From positions 27,776,001 through 27,840,000 of the forward strand of contig OX597827.1 in assembly GCA_951406725.2 (NCBI GenBank): a stretch of 64,000 bases of DNA, written 5' to 3'. Origin of the DNA: Octopus vulgaris (Eukaryota). Made by a program: the position numbers and the translations under genes. Shown piece by piece: positions 45,515-59,588 of the stretch; position 1 is the first letter of the stretch; every line of letters starts with the position of its first letter. Below the pieces are notes generated by a model. The model was not told where the DNA came from. It made no database searches and saw only the letters and a list, made by a program, of their open reading frames with translations.

Positions 45515-48202
45515 ATGGAGTTGTTCGAGATTGATGCGTCCCTTAAGGATATTCCTATACCACCGAAGGACGCCTTCCTTAAGGAGTTGGTTTGTAAAAC
45601 CAACGCATTCATAAACCGGATAAGATGGCTCGTTTTCTTCCACGAGAACGAAGATCTAAAATCGAACCGGACAACAGCATCGTCCGAATACGGCCGGCTT
45701 TTTAAGACATTAGATACGCCGCCACCTAACCCAAGACTGAAGAAGTTTGAGGACGACTTGTGGGACATAGTTAGAAAGATTAAGTTCAGGAAGTCACCCA
45801 GGAGAAATGCCCACCTCAGATACCTAGATAAAATTACCAAGGACATTAATAGAACGGACGGAGTCCTGGTCCAGTCCGACAAGACCAGGAACACATACAA
45901 GCTACCCATTAAGCAGTACCTAGATTTACTCGGTAAAGAGATCAAGAAAAATTATAAAAAAACCAATTGGAGTACCCTGAGGAAGGTAAACTTGGAAATT
46001 AAGGAAATAATATTTAAACACGGAATTCAAATGAGAACGCAGCCGCTTAGCCCTAAGCAACCCAGATTTATAGTGAAGGACCATAAACCGAACTTCCACA
46101 CCAACCCAGCGCTAAGACTCATATGCCCTGCTAGCTCTGATATCGGGATAATCAGTAAGTACATTTTAGATAAATATATCCCTAGTTTAGTAAACAAGCT
46201 GAAGCTCAGCCTCTGGGCCAACTCCTCGCAGGTAGTGAAATGGTTCTCTTCCATCCCCAATAAGAACCGTACTAGGTTCATTCAGTTTGATATCGCCAGC
46301 TTCTACCCCTCGATTAACCCTAGTGTGCTAAATAAGGCCCTTTGGCATGCTCACAACAAGGCTGGCCTCACCAGAGAAGAGATAGATATCATTTTAGTTG
46401 CCAGGAAATCGTTTATTAAGTTTGATAATAAGTTGTGGATCCGTAAAGATACTCCCAATGAATTTGATGTGCCTATGGGTAGTTCGGATAGTGCGCAGAT
46501 AGCCGATTTGGTCGGAATATATATTCTCTACGAATTGTCCGACCAATTCCCGGAGATCGCGGGCGGCCTGTATCGTGACGATTGTCTGTTTTACCTGCAA
46601 AACACCACGAACAGAATAGTGCAGAAAACTAAGAGCAGGTTAGCTAGGTTTTTTAATAGAATGGGCATGAATATAGTTTTTGATAATGAACTCACCAAGG
46701 CTAATTTCCTAGACGTTACACTTAACCTTAATAGCGACTCATACTGCCCTTACCATAAGCCTTCCACTAATTTGAAGTATGTCAGTGTCTTCTCAAATCA
46801 TGCCAAAACCGTAACAGACAATTTGGTTAAAAACATCTCTCTAAGATTGTCTGGCTTGTCCGCCAGTGCCGATATTTTTATGCAGAAAGCGGAATTTTAT
46901 AACGCCGCACTATCCAAGGCCGGTTATAGGCAGAAGGTAATTTATATTGATCCGGCCCTTCCGATGCCATCATTCGGTCATCAGGATAGGGCCGTCTATA
47001 ATAACATAAACAATTTAAGTAAGGACGGGAGCGCGGCGGGTGCCGGGGCAGTCGCTCCCGCATTTAATTTAGCGAACAAGGATAATTATCGGGCCGGGAG
47101 ATCTTACACTAACCCAAGACCCGTTATTCATCCGAGAATCACCCACCCGAATGCGAGAGCTGGCGTCCCGACCCATCACACAGATAGGAATAAGCATATA
47201 TGGTTTGTAATTCCCTTTGGTAAGCAGATTAGAACTAACCTCCCCCTCATGTTTAGACAAGCCATCGCCAATAACTTCCCCAGAAATTCCAAATATTACT
47301 CCACGGTTAACTCGCATAAAGTTAGGATAGCTTTCTCCAACACTAAAAACCTCGCCCAGATAATCGCCTCCCATAATAATAGGCTGCTTACTAAGACCCT
47401 ATCACCTTTTTCCGGAGGCACAGCCTCTTCCGCTCCCGGTTTAATGCTCAGTAGGAATAATTATAGTAGTAATAATGATATGAGAGCCAGTACAGTGACT
47501 CATAATCTCAGCTCCAGCCAGGGATTACACACTAGGGGTATAGTTATAAATAGGGGTGTTGTAGTTGACGGTAACAATGGGAGTAGGGTAGAGAGTCCCA
47601 ATAGCAACCCCAGCATCATTTCCTGCAATAGCAGCACCACGGGCACTAGCAATGACAGCACTCTGATAGATAGTGGAGAATCAGGGGTTATTCCGTTAGT
47701 TAATAGTGACGTAGTGGAAAATAAAGTAGTAAGCGGCTGCAGTTCTCGTAACAAATATAGTGACAGTAACGCAGTTCTAATTTCAGAAACTAATCCTAGC
47801 AGAATAAGATTCAAGTCGGCGAACTCCAAGATCAGAAACGCCGTCTACCAATGCAAGGTTTACACGGACTCAGATGTCTACGCTTATGTAGGGGCCTCAT
47901 CGTCAAGATTGGCTTTGCGAATCTCCAATCATTACGCAACTTTTCGAGACATGAATAAACGCCAGACCACGGGACTCAGCAAGCTAATATGGCGATTGAA
48001 GGATACGAACTCAAGCTACAGGCTGGAATGGTCAATTTTGTCGGTGGCCCTCCCATTTGATAGGGGCAGAAGGAAGTGCAACCTTTGTGTCTCCGAACTC
48101 TTCCATATATTGTTCGCCAGAGACCGGATGGTAAACGGACTTTTACAGTCGGCTTTTCGATGCCCCCATTGGCGGCGTTACACTTATCTGGCTTATAAAT
48201 AA
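45515..48202 (+). CDS. PLE reverse transcriptase + GIY-YIG endonuclease, 895 aa (probably Naiad clade)
   Basis: RT: FIQFDIASFYPSI, VPMGSSDSAQIADL, GLYRDDCL, ANFLDVTL; EN: NAVYQC..YVGAS..LALRISNH; C-terminal CNLCVSE..CPH; N-terminal SLKDIPIP..FINRIRW. Confidence 0.95.
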   Translation: MELFEIDASLKDIPIPPKDAFLKELVCKTNAFINRIRWLVFFHENEDLKSNRTTASSEYGRLFKTLDTPPPNPRLKKFEDDLWDIVRKIKFRKSPRRNAHLRYLDKITKDINRTDGVLVQSDKTRNTYKLPIKQYLDLLGKEIKKNYKKTNWSTLRKVNLEIKEIIFKHGIQMRTQPLSPKQPRFIVKDHKPNFHTNPALRLICPASSDIGIISKYILDKYIPSLVNKLKLSLWANSSQVVKWFSSIPNKNRTRFIQFDIASFYPSINPSVLNKALWHAHNKAGLTREEIDIILVARKSFIKFDNKLWIRKDTPNEFDVPMGSSDSAQIADLVGIYILYELSDQFPEIAGGLYRDDCLFYLQNTTNRIVQKTKSRLARFFNRMGMNIVFDNELTKANFLDVTLNLNSDSYCPYHKPSTNLKYVSVFSNHAKTVTDNLVKNISLRLSGLSASADIFMQKAEFYNAALSKAGYRQKVIYIDPALPMPSFGHQDRAVYNNINNLSKDGSAAGAGAVAPAFNLANKDNYRAGRSYTNPRPVIHPRITHPNARAGVPTHHTDRNKHIWFVIPFGKQIRTNLPLMFRQAIANNFPRNSKYYSTVNSHKVRIAFSNTKNLAQIIASHNNRLLTKTLSPFSGGTASSAPGLMLSRNNYSSNNDMRASTVTHNLSSSQGLHTRGIVINRGVVVDGNNGSRVESPNSNPSIISCNSSTTGTSNDSTLIDSGESGVIPLVNSDVVENKVVSGCSSRNKYSDSNAVLISETNPSRIRFKSANSKIRNAVYQCKVYTDSDVYAYVGASSSRLALRISNHYATFRDMNKRQTTGLSKLIWRLKDTNSSYRLEWSILSVALPFDRGRRKCNLCVSELFHILFARDRMVNGLLQSAFRCPHWRRYTYLAYK

Positions 48203-48815
48203 CGCTTATAAATAATACCTGCACCCATAGCCCTTGGTAATAAATTCTGAAATAGCCTTTAAGATAATTACGATTAACCACTGCAAGGGGAATTACTCCT
48301 GTAAGATAAACGGGGCTTTGTTTTTGACGACGGGGGTTTCTTTGACAAGGCATGATTAGACGAACACACGCACACATAAAACATAAAATATTTTTCTGCC
48401 ACCCAACGGTTTTTACTGCAGTAGCCATTGGGTAGAGCTGCTTAACAACTGACAGCCGAGCGATCAAACGCACACACGTACACAAAAATGTTTTCTACCC
48501 CTTGACGGAGTTCTTGCCAACCTGCGCCAGCACACATATATAGAACAGTAAACACACACATGTCTCTAGGTAGATTTTTCTCGCCCCTTATAATACATCC
48601 AATATTCCTTAAATAGTCAGAACTTTATTCTCGGTCACAAAGAACATCTACACACCCACACCCACAGGAATGACCGCTGCCTGACCCGTTAAAATCTTCA
48701 ACCGCCGGTTCTCAACATACACTGATAAACAGTTTTGCCATGGGCTCTTAGGAGCCTAGTTCGATTTGTTTTGCTCCGCCTCTGTTCTGTTTTTGTTTTT
48801 TCCAACGGATTTCCT

Positions 48816-48906
48816 ATTTCTTCCTGAAGAGAAAGACACAATATGGTCTCATTATTCAATCGGATTTTGGTAAATTGTGCCTTTCGAAACACGTGTAGAA
48901 TGAAAT
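48816..48906 (+). ncRNA. Type-I HHR in the 3' pLTR
   Basis: ttc-CTGAAGA-GAAAGaCACAAT..ATTGTGcCTTTC-GAAAC-acgt-GTA-gaa; palindromic stem III CACGTG. Confidence 0.85.
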
Positions 48907-49104
48907 AAAACGATTTCTGTTCAATCTTCGTTCAGCTCCATTTCTTCAATTCACCAATAATATTAAAATTCAATTATCCGAACCAACGCACGGTTGCAAC
49001 ACCATATGGTTGTACCTCCAACCGTGCTGTCTTCTGCTGTGATTTTTGCTACCAAGGTATCGGTTAAACTTTTGATTAATCTGCTACAAGATTGTTCATC
49101 TTTC

Positions 49105-49209
<105 letters not shown>

Positions 49210-49229
49210 TATATACATACATATATATA

Positions 49230-49740
49230 CATATACATATAGAACCTACTCTTTTAGTAGAACCCCCTGTACGGATAGGAACTGTGCTGTGTGTAGATTT
49301 AGCCCACAAAGAAACTGTAAACTGTAAACTGGCCACAAACAAGCCAGAAATATAGTCTATAGTATAAGATGTATAGAGGGACAAGACGACATACGTAAGA
49401 GAAACGGCACGGAGCATAGGAGAGCGAATAAATGACCATTGGAGAGAACTTAGGGAAGGAAAGAGCTCATCGATTCTGTACCAGCACGCCGAGCAGGAAC
49501 ATGGAGGCTCAATCAACAACATAGAAGTTAAAATCTTGTCCACACATTTAAAAGACGCAACAATAAAAAAAATTACGGAAACTACACACATAATAGAAGA
49601 TAAACCTAGCCTGAATAGGAAACTGGAATGGAACACTAGTACACACCACAACATATGACAGAAGAAGATCCCCATAAACTGGTTGCAATATAAACAAAAC
49701 TGAAAACATAATAAAATAAAATACACAGATAAATAAACAA
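49230..49740 (+). pseudogene. GIY-YIG fragment of a different PLE family (inverted partial copy at 44903-45095)
   Basis: [10 protein letters not shown](R/G)ETARSIGERINDH..LYQHAEQEHGG..PSLNRKLEW. Confidence 0.8.
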
Positions 49741-49766
49741 ATGAAAGTAAATAAATATATACATTA

Positions 49767-49827
<61 letters not shown>

Positions 49828-50324
49828 TTATTATTATACGTAATAATAATGATAATAATAATAAGAAGAAGAAGAGGAAGAAGAAGAAGTAGGTGTAAAC
49901 ACATGAACAAATAACTTACACAAACGTATATAAACAGGAGATAGAAATATTACAGATACTCCCCACACACACACACTAACTAAACATAGACATACATAGA
50001 GGTATACGCATTCACAAATGAAGACACATACAATAGAAATACAAAATACCAAATGGCTGACCGTTAGTAAGGAGAGACACACAAATAAGAAAGAAGAAAG
50101 CAAAGGACCACTGATGCGGTCACAAGAGTGTGACGAAAGAACTCTGGCCAAAATAAGATTAATTTTAATGTAAAAAATAAATAACACTGAAGCAAAGTAA
50201 CACCAAATATATAGTGCCTGTGTTTTTATTGGCTAAACTGGCAAAATGACCAATCCGAAATACAATAATATCTGTTTCAACACACGATTTCACATAAAAA
50301 TATTGCAAAGCAAATATATGAACG

Positions 50325-50378
<54 letters not shown>

Positions 50379-50403
50379 GTATGTGTGTGTATAGACACGC
50401 ACG

Positions 50404-50497
<94 letters not shown>

Positions 50498-50530
50498 GAA
50501 ATAGCTCTGGTGACAAGATGTGTGCCTGTA

Positions 50531-50584
<54 letters not shown>

Positions 50585-51445
50585 AAACAAATATATATAC
50601 ACATGTGTATGTGTGTATGTGTGTGTGTCTTGGTGTGTGTGGTAAAATTTGTACGCGTGCGTGTCGTTGTGGAGGTAGGGAGGAAGAGCGGGAAGGGCCA
50701 TTCATGAAATGCGTAAAAATCAATGAATGAGAAGACAAAAGAGATCTTGGTATGCGGCGGATTTATTGGCGACGGTGTCGGTGGTGGTGGTGGTGGTGGT
50801 GGTGTCGGGGGAGCTGGTGGTGGTGGTGGTGGTGGTGGTGATGGTGTATAGAGTTATGATGTTGGCATGGTGGGGTGGTGGAGAAAGCTAGAGAGAGAAG
50901 AAATGAAAAATAAAATAATGAAATGTGTTATTTTGCAATGAAATGTTGAGAGGAAGATTAAATGAGATAGATATGGGGTATAAAAAATAAAAGGAGTTAG
51001 TTCTTGGCTTGATTTTTGCTTTTTTCTCCTTCCATTATTGTTATTATTATTGTTATTATTATTGTTGTTGTTGTTGTTGTTGTTATTTGTCTAAGAGAGT
51101 TTTAGAAACTGAAAGCATGATAGGAGGGGGATGTTTTGTGCATGAGTGGTGGCGGGAAAAGTATGACGACGACAATCACCATAACGATGATGAAGATGAT
51201 GATGATGGTGGTGGCGATGGTGATGATGAAATATTGCTAAATAATAAAACGAACAACAACAACAACAACGTCGTAACAAGTAACAACAATCATACTCCTA
51301 ACAGCAGTCGTATTAATTAAAACGTAATAGCAACAAAAACAACAAAATCAACAACGAAATAACAAACAAAAACCAATAACAACAAAAATGATGGTCAACA
51401 ACAACTGCTACAACAAATAACCTCACCATTAACAACAACAAAGAC

Positions 51446-51519
<74 letters not shown>

Positions 51520-52059
51520 CAATAATAATGATAATAATAATAATAATAATAATGATAACAATTACAATAACAATAACAATGACAATAATAATAATAAATA
51601 TGGCGATAAGAAGATAAAGCAAAAGATGGCGTTGGCGATTACGATCATCATAATGGTGGTGGGGAATATATGATATATATTATATATAATATATCATATG
51701 ATATACATTATATATATATATGTAGACACACACACGCATATTGATGTGTATACACTTAAGTAAATGTGCTTATATATTCATGTACCTTATGTGTTTGTGC
51801 CTTTGGGTGTGTGTGTGTGTGTGAACACGCGCATATAAAGAAAAAGATATGAAACACACGGCTACTGTGTGGGGGTATAGCGAAAGTGAAAGTACAAATT
51901 GGTGATCAAGGGGAAGGTATAGAAATATATAAGAAAAGCGAGGAGAGGTGGGTGTGTTATGAAAAGAGAGAAGAAACACCATGGAAATATAGAACAGCAA
52001 CAAACGAACACACGCACACTCGTACATACATACCCACAGATGTATGTATGTATAAACGC

Positions 52060-52093
<34 letters not shown>

Positions 52094-52121
52094 TTCGTAA
52101 CTTATTTTCTGTAACATAAAG

Positions 52122-52201
<80 letters not shown>

Positions 52202-52409
52202 CTTTATGTTACAGAAAAGAAGTTACGAATTTTTGATGTTGTTTTTTGTTTCTCGTGGAAGAGGGAAGCCATTCCTTCTTTATTGGTGTCACGTTATTTG
52301 GAGAGATGAATCATAAAAGATACGCAAACATTTTTCTTAACTTGAGAACAATCATATTTTGTGCGATTTCACTTTATTCTTTATTGTTATCGTTTCTTTA
52401 TTTTCTATG

Positions 52410-52443
<34 letters not shown>

Positions 52444-52579
52444 TGTATGTATGTATGTATGTATGCATGTATGTATGTATGTAAGTATGTATGCACGTAT
52501 GTATGCATGCAGTATGTATGTATTATGCATGTATGTATATATGTATTATCTATTTATATATGTATGTATGTATCTATCT

Positions 52580-52642
<63 letters not shown>

Positions 52643-52646
<4 letters not shown>

Positions 52647-52850
52647 TGTACGTTTAAACACATAAGAAGTATTCCGTCATAGGATTCTTTGCACGCTAGA
52701 AGGAACAGCTAAAATACAAACCACTCTTAGAGATAAACTTCGAAGGGAATGAATAATGAAATATGTGGTTACAATTTTGGCTGTTCCTTCTAGCGTGCAA
52801 GGAATCCTATGACGGATATCTCTTATGTGTTTAAATGTATATTGCTTATA
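52643..52850. repeat. Inverted repeat beside (TA)n, probable PLE remnant
   Basis: ~70-bp arms 52643-52716 and 52775-52850. Confidence 0.75.
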
Positions 52851-52984
52851 TGAATACTATTGACAAATGATTTTACATGCTAGGTTAATGGTAATGAAAA
52901 TTTCTAAGAATTTTTTGTTACCTTGATATTAATTACACACACACACACACACACACGCACACACAGACACACACATACATACAT

Positions 52985-53440
<456 letters not shown>

Positions 53441-53477
53441 GTCTGTGTCATATATATGTATATGTAGAAACACACAT

Positions 53478-53536
<59 letters not shown>

Positions 53537-53539
<3 letters not shown>

Positions 53540-54215
53540 TTATATATATTAAACTGAGAATGTGTGTCTGTCTGTGTGTTTCCCTAAAACTGGAGAACTA
53601 CACAACCAATTTCATTCCGATTTTACACATGCCTTACTAAGGGTCCGAGGAGTGTCATCGGCAAAAACAATTTTCACTTTTTGCCTAGGGCAAACCCACA
53701 GCAATATCATATCTTCTCTACTACGGTTCCCTAAAACTTGAGAACAACACAACCAATTTCATTCAAATTTTACAAATGCCTTACTTAGGGTCCATGTAGT
53801 TTCATGGGCAAAAAAAATGTTCAACTGCTTACCTAGAGCGAGCCCATAGCAATATCATATATTCTCCACTATTTCAGTATTACGTGTTAAAAGTGAAACA
53901 AATATATTTCTCTATTTTATGTCAGATGCTTTCACTTTAACAATAAAAATAATAATAACAGTTGAATTATATGTAGTAAGTAATAATTAAAATCGAACTA
54001 AAGTATAATATAATCGTAACATAACAAAAGTAAAAATAGCCATTGGTATAAAATTGCATCAATGATTTGAACTTGAATAAGTGGTTTCACATGAATGGGA
54101 ATAAACTAAAAATAAAATTAGCGTGCAGAAATGGAATAGTCCAGATGGATAATAAAAAATTAAATTAAAGAAAAGACTATTGTCTATAAAGTATACAATG
54201 TAGAGAAAAAAGAAG
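53537..54215 (+). mobile_element. Probable non-autonomous Helitron-like 5' portion
   Basis: TC start then ATTAAAACTGAGAATG-like leader and GTCTG repeats; ~145-bp tandem duplication (53580/53727). Confidence 0.45.
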
Positions 54216-54219
54216 AGCT

Positions 54220-56154
54220 AACATTTCCAGTCTTCATTGAGTGTGTTGGTTAGTTATTTTGTATGTGAAAAATTTGGAAAAAAACTGTTAAAAAATTGTC
54301 AAAATTGAATCGCGCGAGGCGCTTGCCGCTGCGTGTTTGAACCTTTTATAGAAGGTGTGTCGACCCTCTAGTCATGGAGACTTACGCGGGGGTCGCCACA
54401 ACAAAATGTGATGAGTCTCTTAGAATAAGAGAAGTGTTCTTTAGAAAAGAACAATTGAAGGAATACGAGAAGTTCGTCAAAAGGGAGGGTGACAGCGTGA
54501 AGCTGGTCCCGCCTGTTGAAACAATAGAGGAGAGAAATAACAAGATGATAACGTATAGAACGCAAGATAGAAACACGAGAAAACTGGTGGGAGTGACGAT
54601 TGAAGAAATAGAGAAATGTCTGGGGGACATTATGAAAAAAGCGGCTTTTGTAGACAGAGGAAAGAAATATGGTACGGTGGAGGTGAGATGCGCAACAAAG
54701 GAAGTGGCGGCCTCATTAGCTTCCACTGTTCTGAAAGCCGAAAATTTCACTATGTGGCCGACGTATAAAGGAAAACGAGGGGTACGGGTAAGAGTCCCAT
54801 AGGTGCCCCCAGAAATAAAAACAGAAATGCTGGTAACAGCCATTCTAGGGTCAGCAAAGGAGGAAGTAGAAATAGGGTCAATCAAGGAGACCAACGTTGT
54901 AAATTGGAAGGGATTCGGAGTAGAGTTGTGGCTGATGGCCACAATGGAAGACATCGAAAGGTTCCCCTTCCAAATAGAAATAGAAAACGAGAAAACAATT
55001 AGTGTAATTGTGGAGGGGAGAAAACCGAATTGCTATTTGTGCGGGTCAAGAGGGCACATAAAAAAGGAATGTCCGCTGTATGAATTCACAGCGGAGCAAA
55101 AAGAGACACAAAGTGGAGAGAACAAAAAAGAGAAGGAAAAAGAACACGAAGGAGAGAACAGCGAAAACAAGGAAAAGGAAATAACGGAGAAACAACAAGA
55201 GAAGGGAAGTAACAGCGCACTGAAGGAAAATGAAAACAAAGGGAAGAAGATAGTAGAAAAGGAGCAAAATTCACAGGGTGCAGAAGTAGTGGAGAAGGAG
55301 CCAAGGCAGAAGCAAGAGAAAGAAAAGGAAAGTACATTAAAGGAAAGAGAAAAAACAGGAAAAGAACAAGAGAAGGAACAGAACCAAGAGAAAGGAAAAG
55401 ATGGTATGCAAAAAGGAAAAGAAACAACAGGAAAGGAACATAAGGCACAGGGTAGAGAGACAAAGAGCCAAAAAGACAAGAGAAGGAAAAAGAAAGAAGA
55501 GAAAGCAAAATGAGAGAAAGAAAGAAACCGAGAGAGGAGAAAAAGAGAAAGTAAGTCCTAAGAGAAAAACTAGAGAAAATGCAGGTACGAATAGGAAATT
55601 CAAATACTATGGAACGTTGATCCATCACAGGCACTGTGAGGAGATGGAAGATTTAATAAACGTAACAGATGGATATACGTGGGTCAGGATGGGCACCGAA
55701 TGGAAAGAAACAGGTGCACTCGTCCACGAGAACAACGCTGAGGCGTTCATCCAGGCAGCTGGCAAGAACGTGTCAAAACATATGAAATGCCGACTGACAA
55801 GGTGGCCACGAACGATGGAAATTTACCAAAATTTGGTAGAGATAATGGAGTATATATAAAAGAAAAGGTATTGTGAAAACTTTAATTTGGAAATGATAAA
55901 AAGAACCTTAAATTCTGAAAAAATGTTGAACTTTGTAAAATTTTTGAAATGTATGTTGAAAATGTGTAAAATGTTTTTCTTTGGAAAATATTCTTGACGA
56001 ATAAAAAATGACGAAATGTAACCGCTCGATTTCGGGGATCGAGTGGGCATTACACTACATTGTACAAACTTCATAATTCATTATTTTATTTTTCCCGATT
56101 GTATTGTCCCCTCTATGTTGCCCCTTGTGGGTAGGAATAAAACAATTCCAGTCT
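54220..56154 (+). mobile_element. ORF1-only retroelement (HAL1-like) with flanking 14-bp direct repeat
   Basis: AACA(T/A)TTCCAGTCT at 54220-54233 and 56141-56154; AATAAA just before the 3' copy; no RT. Confidence 0.75.
54374..55859 (+). pseudogene. LINE ORF1-like nucleic-acid-binding protein, lightly disrupted
   Basis: One in-frame TAG at 54800-54802 and a frameshift near 55500; CCHC CYLCGSRGHIKKEC after VIVEGRKP; K/E-rich region; C-terminal domain. Confidence 0.8.
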
Positions 56155-56326
56155 GTTATATATTTTGAGTACTGTTATAACTAGCGATATCAAGATATAA
56201 CTTGGTATTTTGCATTTTATGTGTAGATGTATATATATAGATGTACATGTAATATGTAAACATATATATACACATATATACATGCACTAGCACTATGACC
56301 CGGCAACGACGAGTCTTTAATGCAAG

Positions 56327-56387
<61 letters not shown>

Positions 56388-56502
56388 TCACTTGCACATA
56401 AATGTATATCTATACATGCCTATATGTTCATGTTATGCATATGAATATAACTATAGGTGTGTATATATATGTTATATCTATATCTATATATATATATATC
56501 GT

Positions 56503-56746
56503 TTTATTCTTTCAGTCATGTGACTGTAGCCACTCTGGAGCACCGCCTTTAGTCGAGCAAATCGACGCCAGGACTTATTCTTTGTAAGCCTAGCACTTAT
56601 TCTATCGGTCTTTTCTGCAGAACATCTAAGTTATGGGGATGTAAGCACACGAACATCGGTTCTCAAACGATGTGGGCGGGATAAACAGAGACACACAAAA
56701 ATACATCCATCCATTCATACATATGTATATAATATGTCTGTGTGTA

Positions 56747-56806
<60 letters not shown>

Positions 56807-57263
56807 AGTAATTGAATGAATTAGCTTATTAAGGATAATTCGAAAGATAACCGATACCTGGGTAGCAAATTCACATCAGAAAGAACACGGTTGAAGCTAC
56901 GTCCCTAGGGCATAGACTACGTGTCTTCGTGCGGAAATTTGTATGTATATTTTAAAATTATAAGTATATGAAAGAATGGAGTTGAACGACTAGTTAACAA
57001 ATATCCTTTATTCTCAACATATGTTTCGAAGGCTGCATATTCCTAATTCCGAAGGAATAAGGAGTACATTATGCAGATTTCTGATCAGGAAAATCAAGGA
57101 ACTTATATCGACATCTAAATGCATAAGTTCCTTGATTTTCCTGATGAGAAATCTGCATAATGTACTCCTTATTCCTTCGGAATTAGGAAAATGCAGCCTT
57201 CGAAACATATGTAGAAAATAAAGGATATTTGTTAACTAGTCGTTCAACTCCATTCTTTCATAT

Positions 57264-57319
<56 letters not shown>

Positions 57320-57495
57320 ATGCATATATACGACGGGGTTTTTTCAGTTTCCGTCTACCCAATCCACTCACAAGGCTTTGGTCGGCTCGAGGCTATTGTA
57401 GAAGACACCTCCCCACGGTGCCACGCAGTGTGACTGAACCCGGAATCATGTGGTCGGGGTGCACGCTTCTTACCTCACAGCCACTCCTGCACCTA
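56503..57495 (-). mobile_element. Family A SINE split by a PLE hairpin
   Basis: Tail 56503-56700, head 57331-57495, insert ~56804-57270 in the (TA)n linker. Confidence 0.8.
57136..57218 (+). ncRNA. Type-I HHR with long stem II
   Basis: ttttc-CTGATGA-GAAatCTGCAT..ATGCAGccTTC-GAAAC-atat-GTA-gaaaa; the inverted copy (~57011-57093) has CTGATCA. Confidence 0.85.
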
Positions 57496-57502
57496 TACAT
57501 AT

Positions 57503-57554
<52 letters not shown>

Positions 57555-58096
57555 ATGTATGTGTACATGTGCAGGTGTATCTACATGACTTGGTCTACAA
57601 TCAAACGTATGAAATCTTCAAGCATATACTGAAGTCTGTGACAGAAATAGTTACTTGACAGAGTTGTTCTCCAACTTTTCTGACCAGGTGGACAGTTTAC
57701 CCTATAAACAAACCCTTTTTCCCAACTTAAACCCCACAGAACCTAGCATGCCCCAAATTTTAAAAATTCCAGCCACATTACCTACTACTGTTAGAATTTG
57801 TATATTTAATTTAAACCCATATTTCATTCCGCCGTTTTACTGAGTTTAACACGCACAAGATTTATGAGTCATCGAGCGTCTATCAACGGCTGATGTGCAT
57901 TATTTTGAAGTATTTTACAAAATATTTGTTCAATATTTCCCTAATATTCAAGCGAAATTACAACGATGATAGATGAAAACACAAATAAAAAGTAAAAGAA
58001 AATAACATTCTGATTTATTTTTCGTTTTTTCTCTCATCACTGCTGATAACTAAATGTCAGCTGTTCTTTTTCTATTTGGTCACGGAAGGTGTGAAC

Positions 58097-58129
<33 letters not shown>

Positions 58130-58400
58130 TCTATATGTTTATATGTATGTTACGTATATAAAAATTCATAAATCTAGACGATGGAATTAAGAGGTTTTAA
58201 TCAGAAATCACAATTGTTTCTCGCTTGTAAAAGGAGCAATCCTGTTGTATCGTAGCATGTGGTAGCCGATAACCGTATAGGAGCTTTGAAATGCACGTTA
58301 AGAGATTATTACCCACATCATATTAAATAATAAAATATATTACGAATATAATATATTCGTGTATGTATGCATGATTGTATGTATATATATATATATATAT

Positions 58401-58696
58401 ATCACGGGATCACGGGGCCGACCAGACTATCAGATGTTGTTACATATCGCTGGTCACAATGCGTTCGCATTGTTTTTTTAGACTTCAAATGACGCCACCC
58501 CGCTGGCTAAGCGAGCAGGCCAACAGAAGAAAGAGTGGGAGAAAAAGTGGTGAAAGAGTACAGCAGGGATCACCACCCCCTGCCGGAGCCTCGTGGAGCT
58601 TTTAGGTGTTTTCGCTCAATAAACACTCACAACGCCCGAAACCGCGATCCTGCGACCGCGAGTCCGCTGCCCTCACCACTAGGCCATTGCGCCTCC
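58401..58696 (-). mobile_element. tRNA-derived SINE (family D)
   Basis: Head GGAGGCGCAATGGCCTAGTGG..GCGGACTCGCGGTCGC; tail (CCCGTGAT)2 running into (TA)n. Confidence 0.75.
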
Positions 58697-58726
58697 ACAC
58701 ACACACATATATATCTATATATATAT

Positions 58727-58999
<273 letters not shown>

Positions 59000-59588
59000 T
59001 GTGTGTGTGTGTGTATACACACACATATATACACGTACACATACATATATATAGTGTGCCTATTCGCTGTGTCGTCCCGTTATTTTTTCTTATTTTTATT
59101 CTTTTATTGTTTATCTTTCTCTTCTTTCATATGAATAACCGATTTTCGTAACATATAAATATTCCATATCATAAGATTCACAATACCACATTTACGTATC
59201 ACTGCCATACAATAATCATAGGAAGTCATTTATAAAAAATAAAACACCACAAATATCGTTGCATTTCTTCTTTTCTGGAATTTTAATAGAAAGAACACCC
59301 GAGGGTACAGAAAAATATGGTTGATGAAGAACACGTTAAAACCCTCCCATATTTTACTTGGTCATTGGTGTAGCATTATTGAAGTTAGAAGATAATGATG
59401 TATTCGTCAAGGTAACGTGATACCATTATTTTTTTTTATTTACCTGCATAATTAGAACCGGAGCATACAGTACGTTTTCTGATGAAATGTTTGTCAAGAG
59501 CAGTGAATCTGGAAAGACTTTTAAATCCATTCTGTACTGTAAAGCCCAAATTTCACAACCTGCTACTTCCTTAGATCTATGCTTAAAG

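Noticed and set aside
45515-48820. Selenocysteine recoding, reported for some Naiad PLEs
   Set aside because: No in-frame TGA; the ORF ends in TAA; no SECIS recognised
54382-55634. Minus-strand S/F-rich ORFs
   Set aside because: Antisense shadows of the purine-rich ORF1
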